Below, in pieces: positions 11,760 through 23,765 of a stretch of DNA of 64,000 nucleotides. A program made the position numbers and the translations under genes. Every line of letters starts with the position of its first letter. Position 1 is the stretch's first letter. A model generated the notes under the pieces. That model ran no database searches. It saw nothing but the letters and a program-made list of their open reading frames with translations, and was not told where the DNA came from. The stretch covers positions 50,532,001-50,596,000 of the forward strand of contig OZ076409.1 in the NCBI GenBank assembly GCA_964187785.1, read 5' to 3'. The stretch comes from Amphiscolops sp. MND2022 (taxonomy: Eukaryota).

Positions 11760-13190
11760 TTAATCGACTCCCCGGGCCCTAATCGTTTGGTACCCTCTTT
11801 CACATGATGATATTGAGGTATGGACAAAATTTAGGATATTGAATGCCTGACACAAAAATGCAGCAGTAAACATTAAGCGTTGACGACACCTCCTCCCCCT
11901 TTGAAAAGAAGTGGAGTGTGGTTTGGACTGGATAGACATCACCATCCAATAGCAGCAGGACGTGCATGAAGCATCAGGAAATGAAGCATCAGGAAATCCG
12001 ATAAAGAAAACTGTGGAGACTGGGTCTGTCTCAAGACTGGAATAGTTGTTCGGAGGACGGCCACGCCTATGTCCCTTCGGTCGAAGCGACCATGGTAGAA
12101 CTTGGCGTGGTGGACAGCCACGGCGACGTCCATCGTGAAGGGACAACAGAACTTTTTTCCATGAGTGCTCAAAGTCTGTGCGGGGTGGTTGGCCACGTCT
12201 ATGACCAGTTGGTCGAGTTTTAGCTGAACCACCAGGCAACCAATTGATAAAGACTGGCGGGTCCACCTGAATAAAGTCCCGTAGCCCACCTTTAGCAGAA
12301 TGTGGCTCAAAGGAGTCTTTCAGCAAACTCGGTAGCAACTTCGTAGTTGATATTAGGGACTTTGTTCCAGGGAAGTGAGAGTTGCTTAAAGAATCCTGCG
12401 ATAAGGAAATGGAGGATGAGATAGATATTCGTTCATTCTTCGTATCACTTGAGTAGAGGTTGCGCTCGCGCAACCCATTATCACCGGCGTGATATTCAGG
12501 CAAAGTATCAGTATTACCTATAGTTGTAGTGTCCAAAGATATTGGGTCCACCCCCATGTCTTTTGTTAGCGGTGTCAATGGTTCTGATTTGACGTCGTTT
12601 GAAACATTGATAACGGCATTTCTGAGGTGTGCCTGCACTTCTGCATTTATCGACTGTATTTGTGCTAGCACTCGTGCTAACAATTTCTCCATACGTATCT
12701 CACTTTGTACCAACGAGATTGATATTCCATCCATCTGTTGCTCCAGGGCCTCTAATTGTTGATCCTGTTTCTGATAAAACTGAATACTGGCTTCATGGAG
12801 AGAAGATCTTTTAGACGACGATACTAAACTAGGACTGGGAGTCCTTATGCTCCTCTCCGGCTCGGTATCCTGAGAGTTAGATGACATTGAGTCTAGAAAA
12901 TTGGAGACAGGTTTGAAACTATCCTCCAAAGGCCAATCTTTCAAGTTCAAATCCTCTAACTTCGTCGATCGGTCATGTTCATCTACCATTTGGGATTCAT
13001 TTTGAGGTTGAACATTATGAACATCTATTGGTTGTGCTGCACTGACACTCTTTTTCCCTTTAAAAAAACGGAGGCGGTGGAAGATTTTCCAACGTTTCAT
13101 TTCAGCTTTACAGGCTTCCAACTGCTTGACTAGAACCACCAGTGTACCCAAGTTCAGTGTCAGGGTCAAAGTCAAGAGAATTTCTAGCAA
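11760..13190 (-). CDS. Orphan 476-aa ORF inside element A (N-terminal hydrophobic segment, basic patch, coiled-coil-like and Ser-rich regions)
   Basis: The only long ORF in the element, and sense to it. The track start is TTG right after a TGA; the first ATG is at 13100. No recognisable domain. Confidence 0.55.
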   Translation of the reverse strand: MLEILLTLTLTLNLGTLVVLVKQLEACKAEMKRWKIFHRLRFFKGKKSVSAAQPIDVHNVQPQNESQMVDEHDRSTKLEDLNLKDWPLEDSFKPVSNFLDSMSSNSQDTEPERSIRTPSPSLVSSSKRSSLHEASIQFYQKQDQQLEALEQQMDGISISLVQSEIRMEKLLARVLAQIQSINAEVQAHLRNAVINVSNDVKSEPLTPLTKDMGVDPISLDTTTIGNTDTLPEYHAGDNGLRERNLYSSDTKNERISISSSISLSQDSLSNSHFPGTKSLISTTKLLPSLLKDSFEPHSAKGGLRDFIQVDPPVFINWLPGGSAKTRPTGHRRGQPPRTDFEHSWKKVLLSLHDGRRRGCPPRQVLPWSLRPKGHRRGRPPNNYSSLETDPVSTVFFIGFPDASFPDASCTSCCYWMVMSIQSKPHSTSFQRGRRCRQRLMFTAAFLCQAFNILNFVHTSISSCERGYQTIRARGVD

Positions 13191-14089
13191 TCACAGCGTG
13201 CTGAAAACTGCTCAACACTTTGCACACTGCTCAGCGGACTAGAAAATTTCGCTCTAGAGCAGATTGCTGCAGCCAAGTTGGATAGTGCGCACCAAACAGA
13301 CAGTCGAGCGGTTTGTCGACCTCTCAACCTCAAGAGATTTGGGTAATTTGCAATTGCCCAAAAGAGTTCTCTGCAAATTTGGCGTAATATTCGGCGTTGA
13401 TGCTACTCGATACAGCGGAATAACACCAAAATGAGGCACCAGAGCGTTCAAAAAGGTGACACACTCGGGCAATCCGGTCAAATTATTGTCACTAGGAAGT
13501 TGCTCCTCTCAAAATCTCGTGATTTTGGCTAAGTCGGAACACTCAGGGTCTCTTTTGGATATCGAAAACCCTGCTCAAGGTAATTTCTAGAGATTTTCGT
13601 TTGGAAAAATGTAGTCCAGAGCGCGTCGCAGGCACTTAAAACTGCTGCGTTGAACTGTTCAGGATCAAATTTCAAAGTTCCAGAGGAGTCCAAAATTTAT
13701 GACCCCTGCCGGCAATTTTTTTGAACCATGGGATTTACCTCGTTTGCACACAGGAAGGTCTACTGGGCCCTTTTCGTTGGAAAATGAAGGCTTTTTGGGT
13801 CTGCCTCCTATACAGCGGAAGTATTGAAGGTTTACAATGATAGATTTTCTGGTGCTTTTTGAATTTTGTTCAAGACGTGTGTCTGAACAGAGTCAAATTC
13901 AGTTTTATCAATCGTACTGGGTACAAAATGACACAGCACAATTTGTCAGCCACACAAGTCAGAAAAATAACCTTCCGTAGCTAATAATTGCCTCCAGCTA
14001 CAAGCTAGAGCCTTTTTCAACGATTTTTGGATTTTTCAACTTTTTTCGAAAATCACTCAGATGGCTTTTACAAGTGCTGGAAACGTGGT

Positions 14090-15960
14090 ATCGGGCTCAA
14101 AATTGGTCACGCGATCACACGTACAGCCAGCTACACTTTAGTAACAACCAATGAGAATTCAGACCACTCGGCAAGATTTAGATCTGATACTGGCGTTCCG
14201 TATCACCGTGTCTCGATTGACACGATTTTTCACATGCAATCAAAGACTCTCGTCCACAGTGCTGAGCTCTCGAGCTCACTTTTTTCAGCAACGGTGCACC
14301 AAATGACACTAATAAGAATTTTCCAGGGCAATGTAATTCCAACTTCCCAATGAAGTGCGCCGACAATTCCGAAAAAGAGATCCAATTCGTTACAATACAC
14401 AGGATATTACAACTTCAAGTAACAAAATGCTATGATCCAGCAAGGCAGCCCACTCGATACTGATCAAATATTACACGCACAGCAATGAACGAACTACTGG
14501 GAGTTCAAACTAGGGGTTTCCACAGGTTTCCAACACGTAGAACTGGCTTTTTTCCCACTTCCCCAGTTTTCGTCTCGGTGAAACCTTAAACTGAAACAAT
14601 GACCCTGCACGTCCAAGAAGAGTCGAAATTAGTTCCAAGTGTTGTAGCGTGCTGGAAGGTATACAGCACTTCCGGCTTGATGCACTGACCTAAAAAGTGA
14701 GTCCAGAATCGGGGTATTAGGATCCAGTAACAGGTTAGAGGTTTTTCAGGTATTTTTCGTGTTTTTCAGATTCACTTGAAAAAATCTCAAGTGGCCAGCG
14801 CTAACGCTAGAAACGCAGGATCGGCTTCAAAATCAACCACACAAGCTCACGTTTGCTGAGGTACAAGGGAGTAATAGCTGATTTGTGCTGAGGTGACTAG
14901 GTGAAAATTCAACACAGTACAGACGTTCGATATCACTGTGTTCCAATATGCACTGTTCTTCACGTGTCAACCCAGATTGTGGCGAACTGCAAAGAGCGCT
15001 CACGCTCGTTTTTTCGGCAACAATACGATAAACTTGCACTGGTTACGATGGTGGGCAGCAATTTGGCCCCACTCTTTGAATAAGGTGTTCAGGCAATCCC
15101 ACAAGACTTCGTAGAATTCGCCTTCTTGCGCACCTTCTTGTGCAGTTTGTTTTAGTCAATTTCTTAACAGATATAGTAGCACTTGACACCAAACTTGGCA
15201 GACGCTGTCAGTAGACACCAATCACGCTGTTAGAGTAGTGAAATAGACGGTGGTAAGCTTGCAGGGGGTCTTCTCAAGGATTTGGACCTCTGCTCGTCTC
15301 GGTGAGGACTTAAGAAAATTGATGTTTTTTCAACGTCCAAGCTTTTTCAAAACACGTTCTAAGGCTCGTAAGCTGTTCAAATTTGCACAGCGCTTTCCCA
15401 CAAGCACGCTGGGCCAGAAAATTAACCTGGTTTGGGGCAAGAAGTCTCCAGTCACCCACAGGAAGAATTTCACAGAATTTTTGGATTTTCCAAAAATCGC
15501 ACAACAACTCTGCAGAGGCTCGGGTGTGCACTGGAATCGCCGTATCCAGCCCAAAATTGACCAGCAGATCTTAGGTACCCATAGGTTTACGAAAATGAAC
15601 ACAGAATTGAGCTGCACCCCTTCTACACAGTTTCAACTAGGTACAGACGTGCGGTACCACTATGTACCAAAATACACTGTTTTTCACGTCTTTTTCAAGA
15701 TTGCGGTCCACTGGAAGAAGCTAGCAAGCTCTAATTCTCTGTAGCAACGTGGAAACTAGCACAGGTTACAATGGTGGGCTGCAATATAGCCCCACCCGTC
15801 AGCTAAGGTGCCCGGGTTACTTGGAAAAATTAAGAAAAAACTGCCTTTTTGCGCACTTTTTTGGGTGCCACGTTTTTCCTATTTTCTCAACAAGTATCAC
15901 ACAGATTGGCACTAAACTTGGTCGTTTATGCCAGTGGGTACCTACAATGTCACTGATATG
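14090..15960. repeat. Three diverged direct repeats with a ~725-730 bp period in the 5' internal region of element A
   Basis: Alignable blocks at ~14092/14821/15546 and ~14188/14918/15643, e.g. TACTGGCGTTCCGTATCACCGTG / TACAGACGTTCGATATCACTGTG / TACAGACGTGCGGTACCACTATG. Confidence 0.7.
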
Positions 15961-17674
15961 GTCGAATTGAAGCGCGAGCGCTTATTTGAGGTTTCGACCT
16001 ACTATGTACGTTGTACACGAAAAAACACTGTTTTGACGACTTTTTTCACAAATTGACCAAGAGGATCACCTCAGAAAGTGATACGGCGGGCAAAATGGGA
16101 CCAACGTGTTGCCTCACTATCCGTAGCACTGGGATAAACCCTCAATTGGTGGTGCCCACTAGGTGTAAGGCACTGACAGTACTGCAGTTTTGGATTTTTT
16201 CGGTCCTTTCACGCTTCTCTGAAGTCGAAACGTCACAGAGCTTTTCTCGACTTTGGTGAGCGATACGCCCACCAAATTTTCGGCACTAACGTTAATTTTT
16301 GTGCTGGTTACGAAAATGCAACCACTTTTTGGCTAGGGTTCAAGAATCGATGACCCGACCTTAGCTCAGAGACAGTCCGGTTTTGTGGAAAATTGATCAA
16401 ATCCAGTGCGTTTTTCCACTTTTCTCAGCACTGAAAAGGAATTTTTGCACGCGGTTTTCACCACAATGCGTTATTTTTACTATAAAAACAGAAAATGAGA
16501 GCGCGCGGGCTCCCAGGTCTCGAAAACACTGAGTGCCCCAGAGGTTTTAATGATGCACTCTGGCACTTCTGAAAGTGGCCAAAAATCAAGGTTTTTCGAC
16601 CTGTTCTCACCAAGAAAACGTTACAAACTCTCTTAAATCCTATTTTCGGTACCGTGGAGTGTGCCCCAAACTAATAGCAGCACGGAAGAGGCAATTACAT
16701 CACAATCCAGCACTCTCCCAGTGGCATTTCATAGTGGTCTTTGCCACTTTCGCCAAAAACCGGGTTTTTTCATGCAAAATGTGTTCCAAAAAGGACTCCA
16801 ACGGCCTTTCTGGTTGTCGTTACAATATGTAGCATAACCCTCAAGGTCTTGGGCTGCTTTCTATTTTTTTTGCAACTGCTGTGGCTAATACTTCGAGCGC
16901 TCGCGCTCGTACCAAGAAAAGTACTCAAAAATGCCAAAAATCACGTTTTTGCGACTTTTGCACTAAAAGTCGCACTTTTTTCACTGAAAACAGGTGCAAA
17001 AGCACACACTCAGTTGCAACAGGGTAAAACTAGCATGCACAATGGATTCCCCGTCAAAAAAAACACAATCTAAAATTTTTTTCATACCATACTCCAAAAA
17101 ACCGATTCTTGCGGAATGAGGGGTGGTACCTTCGCCGTCTTTTTTCTCAACAACCAGACCAGCCAGAGAGAAACGGTTTGGACCGTCGGCAACGTCAGTG
17201 TTTGTTCTAGCTTTCCATCAAAAACAATGCTTCTAGCACGTCTCCACGTGAAATGGGAAAGGAGAGTCGGGAACACTCGTTTCAGCTCATCTATCGGTCA
17301 GATGGAACATGGCGCATCCATCAACTGAATACCTCGTACATAGCCAAAAACGCTGAAATGAGCTGTAAAACATCTGTTACCACATGCGTAACGGCTTTCT
17401 AGCGGTTCGCTAAGCCATTACAAAGGTACCCGCTGATGGGAACGTGCAATTTTAGACGATACCTGTCAACGATACCTGTTATCAAAACATACCATAGGTA
17501 TTCGGAAAAATCCCCCGAAAGACTGGAAAAATACCAAAATATAACGTCATAACATCTAAAAAATTTGGAAAAACTCTGGGTAAACGTCTCCTTCCAGAGT
17601 CCAATCGTTCTTGGCGTCCAATACCAGGGGGTCGGAAATTTCAAAACCATATAATAGGGCAGTAATCGGAAGCG

Positions 17675-17692
17675 ATCCCTCTGTGGTCGCCA
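17675..17692 (-). promoter_or_regulatory. Primer binding site, tRNA-Arg(TCG)-like
   Basis: TGGCGACCACAGAGGGAT on minus is near-complementary to the 3' end ...UCCCUUCGUGGUCGCCA of metazoan tRNA-Arg(UCG) as I recall it. It lies 15 nt from the LTR end. Confidence 0.7.
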
Positions 17693-17707
17693 AAAAATGA
17701 GGTCTCA

Positions 17708-18480
17708 TGTAACGGCAAGCTGTTATCGGTCGCTTAACGCGTTAACAGAGGTGGAGGAACCTGCAGAAATGGGTGAATCGCTCGGGACAGGCGCCCATCG
17801 CCACAGATCCATTTTGCCTCCAGGGGTGAAATACGTCCCGGGGCCGCGGGTGCTTCGACGAATACTGTCCAACCGGTCCCAGTCTTTAATTGCTAATAGT
17901 AATGGGCATCTTTCTGACTCTCTAAAGACCACCGCTTAACTAGCATATAAAAACAATGCCAAGAATAAGGTAAATTTCCAGTTTCAGGGTGACATGTGAA
18001 TAAGATCTAAAATTGGGGAATAAGATCTAAATTAGCGCTAGCGCTACTGAATACAGCCAAAATCACTGAAAATACATGAAAACAGGCACGAATATGGCAA
18101 ACCACACAGCTAAAAAGCTGGGGCGCAGGGACTCCAAGCACCAAACAAGGATCTTTAGGCGAAAATACTCATTTTTACGGTTTCCGCTACATAGGGTAGC
18201 ATAATGCCGAAAATCGATAAAACCGGTGTTAGCACCTCAAAAAGAGTCTATTTTCAGTCGTTCTTGCCGTCTCTGGCTTCTGTCATGGCGGCGCGCCCGT
18301 ATTTTTGCTCGTTCTTGCTCTTTGTTGTCGAAGTACCTGCCAATTTCGTGGAAACAGCGAAAAGAGCAATCATATGCTCAGTGCCACGTCACACATCGGA
18401 TTAGAATTTTTGACAAAATTTCTGAACATGTCAAAGTTGCAAAATTGGTTGATATTGCTGTACCAGAGCTTGCCGTTACA
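17708..18480 (-). repeat. 5' LTR of element A
   Basis: Direct repeat of 9914-10686, with the PBS following on minus. Confidence 0.93.
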
Positions 18481-19876
18481 GTTCAACTCAATTTTATTGC
18501 GATTAAATATTCATCAAGCCTGCCACCGAGGACGTTTTTAAAAATTGAAAACTCTTCCAAAAAATTCTCACAGGATCAAATAACTAAAAATGACCCCCAC
18601 ATTTTAAAATCTAATTAGTTTTGTCAAAACACCACGAACATTTTGCTCTTTTTAAAGATGTTCGTAAGCGTTTCACATTCGGTATGAAATGGTCACTTCG
18701 ACCGGATGGAAAAAAAACACGACAAAAGGTCACTATAATAGCCACGATTTGTTTCATAAAGCGCCAACTAAAAAAGTAATGATCGATTCGAAAATTGTTA
18801 AACCTGATTTGTTCTACTCCAACTTGAACCCTTTGATGAACCAGCCAAAATGCAACAATGTTTGAGCCGGTTATTGTTTCTTGGGCTTTTTTTAAAAAAA
18901 TGAACAATTACTGTTTCGCTTGCTACGCACGTACATCTTAATGCTTACACATGTATGGTGTTGCCTGTACAACGCAACTCGGTATTAGAGACCAATCCTT
19001 ATTTCATTATGGATCCTTAAAAATGCATCCTCATTTCTCAACATGTACAGCTTCATGAATGATTATCCATAATTGAGAATGAAATCGAATTACCCATGAA
19101 GTCGAATATGAGGACATGAAAAAGTTGAGATAATGGATGGAATGACAAAAATGAGCTTTGATGATCAGGCTTGAAGGGGTTATGTTGGGAAATTGGGTTC
19201 TTGCTACTCAGAGATGATCACTATAATGGATCTATTTAATGTCTATTATGACGCTCTGTTGAGTTTTCCATCAATCGAAGTATTGAAACCCATCTGCGAA
19301 TAAAATGTCTCTAAGAAAGAGAATATTGCGGCTAATAGTACAAAACGTTGTGTTCTAATAAAATTTGGATACTACAGTACAGTACTTGGATCTAATAATT
19401 TCTTGCTCTCGATTCGTAGTTCAATCTAAGTTTTTCTAAAATATAATAATGTAACAAAGTAGCATCGACATTATGCAGGTACTCGAAAGAGAATAACTAA
19501 TTGAAGTAATTTCATTCAGGTTAATTGACAGGTGGTCAAAGATTCTTCCCGAAGCCCCCTTGGATCTTTTCTGATAATTCCCACCCTCCTTTGACCACCA
19601 ATTTAATTCTCCCAGTTAAGCAGTCAAGTGAAATTATCATTGAATTAATAGTAACAACCAATCAAATTGAAGTATTTTGTAACTCTAGCTGCAACTGAAA
19701 CTCATCGCTGATAGTGGTGGGGAATTAAAATAAATCAACAGAAAAGATCCGCCCTTTTAGTCTATTTGTGAGCACAGAAAGAGCTTTAAATGTAGCGAGA
19801 ACGACCTTTCACGTTTGTGATGACTTGGTGTCGGTTTTGAAAACGAATAGGTTTTAAACATCTTCAATTTAAGGTA

Positions 19877-20064
19877 CCCGGGTCAACCCTTTTACTAGCA
19901 TCTTGGCTGTCTTGGCAAGATCTTACCAACTTCTTACAACATCTTGGCGACCATCGAACCCGTGGCAAGATTCCTAATAAGATCTTACTAAGATTATACA
20001 TTATTTCAAGATCGTATCTGATTACGATGGACAAAATTCTAAGATTATAGAAAACACCATACCT
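19877..20064. mobile_element. Truncated left end of the same MITE, cut by the duplication breakpoint
   Basis: Identical to 23766-23953 and ends at the junction. Confidence 0.8.
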
Positions 20065-21596
20065 ACAGTCCTGCAGTTTTGGATTTTTTCGGTCCTTTCA
20101 CGCTTCTCTGAAGTCGAAACGTCACAGAGCTTTTCTCGACTTTGGTGAGCGATACGCCCACCAAATTTTCGGCACTAACGTTAATTTTTGTGCTGGTTAC
20201 GAAAATGCAACCACTTTTTGGCTAGGGTTCAAGAATCGATGACCCGACCTTAGCTCAGAGACAGTCCGGTTTTGTGGAAAATTGATCAAATCCAGTGCGT
20301 TTTTCCACTTTTCTCAGCACTGAAAAGGAATTTTTGCACGCGGTTTTCACCACAATGCGTTATTTTTACTATAAAAACAGAAAATGAGAGCGCGCGGGCT
20401 CCCAGGTCTCGAAAACACTGAGTGCCCCAGAGGTTTTAATGATGCACTCTGGCACTTCTGAAACTGGCCAAAAATCAAGGTTTTTCGACCTGTTCTCACC
20501 AAGAAAACGTTACAAACTCTCTTAAATCCTATTTTCGGTACCGTGGAGTGTGCCCCAAACTAATAGCAGCACGGAAGAGGCAATTACATCACAATCCAGC
20601 ACTCTCCCAGTGGCATTTCATAGTGGTCTTTGCCACTTTCGCCAAAAACCGGGTTTTTTCATGCAAAATGTGTTCCAAAAAGGACTCCAACGGCCTTTCT
20701 GGTTGTCGTTACAATATGTAGCATAACCCTCAAGGTCTTGGGCTGCTTTCTATTTTTTTTTGCAACTGCTGTGGCTAATACTTCGAGCGCTCGCGCTCGT
20801 ACCAAGAAAAGTACTCAAAATGCCAAAAATCACGTTTTTGCGACTTTTGCACTAAAAATCGCACTTTTTTCACTGAAAACAGGTGCAAAAGCACACACTC
20901 AGTTGCAACAGGGTAAAACTAGCATGCACAATGGATTCCCCGTCAAAAAAAACACAATCTAAAATTTTTTTCATACCATACTCCAAAAAACCGATTCTTG
21001 CGGAATGAGGGGTGGTACCTTCGCCGTCTTTTTTCTCAACAACCAGACCAGCCAGAGAGAAACGGTTTGGACCGTCGGCAACGTCAGTGTTTGTTCTAGC
21101 TTTCCATCAAAAACAATGCTTCTAGCACGTCTCCACGTGAAATGGGAAAGGAGAGTCGGGAACACTCGTTTCAGCTCATCTATCGGTCAGATGGAACATG
21201 GCGCATCCATCAACTGAATACCTCGTACATAGCCAAAAACGCTGAAATGAGCTGTAAAACATCTGTTACCACATGCGTAACGGCTTTCTAGCGGTTCGCT
21301 AAGCCATTACAAAGGTACCCGCTGATGGGAACGTGCAATTTTAGACGATACCTGTCAACGATACCTGTTATCAAAACATACCATAGGTATTCGGAAAAAT
21401 CCCCCGAAAGACTGGAAAAATACCAAAATATAACGTCATAACATCTAAAAAATTTGGAAAAACTCTGGGTAAACGTCTCCTTCCAGAGTCCAATCGTTCT
21501 TGGCGTCCAATACCAGGGGGTCGGAAATTTCAAAACCATATAATAGGGCAGTAATCGGAAGCGATCCCTCTGTGGTCGCCAAAAAATGAGGTCTCA

Positions 21597-22369
21597 TGTA
21601 ACGGCAAGCTGTTATCGGTCGCTTAACGCGTTAACAGAGGTGGAGGAACCTGCAGAAATGGGTGAATCGCTCGGGACAGGCGCCCATCGCCACAGATCCA
21701 TTTTGCCTCCAGGGGTGAAATACGTCCCGGGGCCGCGGGTGCTTCGACGAATACTGTCCAACCGGTCCCAGTCTTTAATTGCTAATAGTAATGGGCATCT
21801 TTCTGACTCTCTAAAGACCACCGCTTAACTAGCATATAAAAACAATGCCAAGAATAAGGTAAATTTCCAGTTTCAGGGTGACATGTGAATAAGATCTAAA
21901 ATTGGGGAATAAGATCTAAATTAGCGCTAGCGCTACTGAATACAGCCAAAATCACTGAAAATACATGAAAACAGGCACGAATATGGCAAACCACACAGCT
22001 AAAAAGCTGGGGCGCAGGGACTCCAAGCACCAAACAAGGATCTTTAGGCGAAAATACTCATTTTTACGGTTTCCGCTACATAGGGTAGCATAAAGCCGAA
22101 AATCGATAAAACCGGTGTTAGCACCTCAAAAAGAGTCTATTTTCAGTCGTTCTTGCCGTCTCTGGCTTCTGTCATGGCGGCGCGCCCGTATTTTTGCTCG
22201 TTCTTGCTCTTTGTTGTCGAAGTACCTGCCAATTTCGTGGAAACAGCGAAAAGAGCAATCACATGCTCAGTGCCACGTCACACATCGGATTAGAATTTTT
22301 GACAAAATTTCTGAACATGTCAAAGTTGCAAAATTGGTTGATATTGCTGTACCAGAGCTTGCCGTTACA
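21597..22369 (-). repeat. Third family-A LTR copy, created by the tandem duplication
   Basis: Same LTR, PBS and right flank (GTTCAACTC...) as 17708-18480, offset by 3889 bp. Confidence 0.92.
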
Positions 22370-23765
22370 GTTCAACTCAATTTTATTGCGATTAAATATT
22401 CATCAAGCCTGCCACCGAGGACGTTTTTAAAAATTGAAAACTCTTCCAAAAAATTCTCACAGGATCAAATAACTAAAAATGACCCCCACATTTTAAAATC
22501 TAATTAGTTTTGTCAAAACACCACGAACATTTTGCTCTTTTTAAAGATGTTCGTAAGCGTTTCACATTCGGTATGAAATGGTCACTTCGACCGGATGGAA
22601 AAAAAACACGACAAAAGGTCACTATAATAGCCACGATTTGTTTCATAAAGCGCCAACTAAAAAAGTAATGATCGATTCGAAAATTGTTAAACCTGATTTG
22701 TTCTACTCCAACTTGAACCCTTTGATGAACCAGCCAAAATGCAACAATGTTTGAGCCGGTTATTGTTTCTTGGGCTTTTTTTAAAAAAATGAACAATTAC
22801 TGTTTCGCTTGCTACGCACGTACATCTTAATGCTTACACATGTATGGTGTTGCCTGTACAACGCAACTCGGTATTAGAGACCAATCCTTATTTCATTATG
22901 GATCCTTAAAAATGCATCCTCATTTCTCAACATGTACAGCTTCATGAATGATTATCCATAATTGAGAATGAAATCGAATTACCCATGAAGTCGAATATGA
23001 GGACATGAAAAAGTTGAGATAATGGATGGAATGACAAAAATGAGCTTTGATGATCAGGCTTGAAGGGGTTATGTTGGGAAATTGGGTTCTTGCTACTCAG
23101 AGATGATCACTATAATGGATCTATTTAATGTCTATTATGACGCTCTGTTGAGTTTTCCATCAATCGAAGTATTGAAACCCATCTGCGAATAAAATGTCTC
23201 TAAGAAAGAGAATATTGCGGCTAATAGTACAAAACGTTGTGTTCTAATAAAATTTGGATACTACAGTACAGTACTTGGATCTAATAATTTCTTGCTCTCG
23301 ATTCGTAGTTCAATCTAAGTTTTTCTAAAATATAATAATGTAACAAAGTAGCATCGACATTATGCAGGTACTCGAAAGAGAATAACTAATTGAAGTAATT
23401 TCATTCAGGTTAATTGACAGGTGGTCAAAGATTCTTCCCGAAGCCCCCTTGGATCTTTTCTGATAATTCCCACCCTCCTTTGACCACCAATTTAATTCTC
23501 CCAGTTAAGCAGTCAAGTGAAATTATCATTGAATTAATAGTAACAACCAATCAAATTGAAGTATTTTGTAACTCTAGCTGCAACTGAAACTCATCGCTGA
23601 TAGTGGTGGGGAATTAAAATAAATCAACAGAAAAGATCCGCCCTTTTAGTCTATTTGTGAGCACAGAAAGAGCTTTAAATGTAGCGAGAACGACCTTTCA
23701 CGTTTGTGATGACTTGGTGTCGGTTTTGAAAACGAATAGGTTTTAAACATCTTCAATTTAAGGTA

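Larger units (their letters stand above)
9914..18480 (-). mobile_element. Non-autonomous LTR element (family A, 8567 bp, no gag/pol) with an orphan ORF
   Basis: Two 773-bp direct repeats TGTAAC...GTTACA (about 14 substitutions by eye). PPT at 10687-10699 and PBS at 17675-17692 give minus orientation. No RT/IN motifs in any internal ORF. The flanks share only GTT. Confidence 0.9.
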
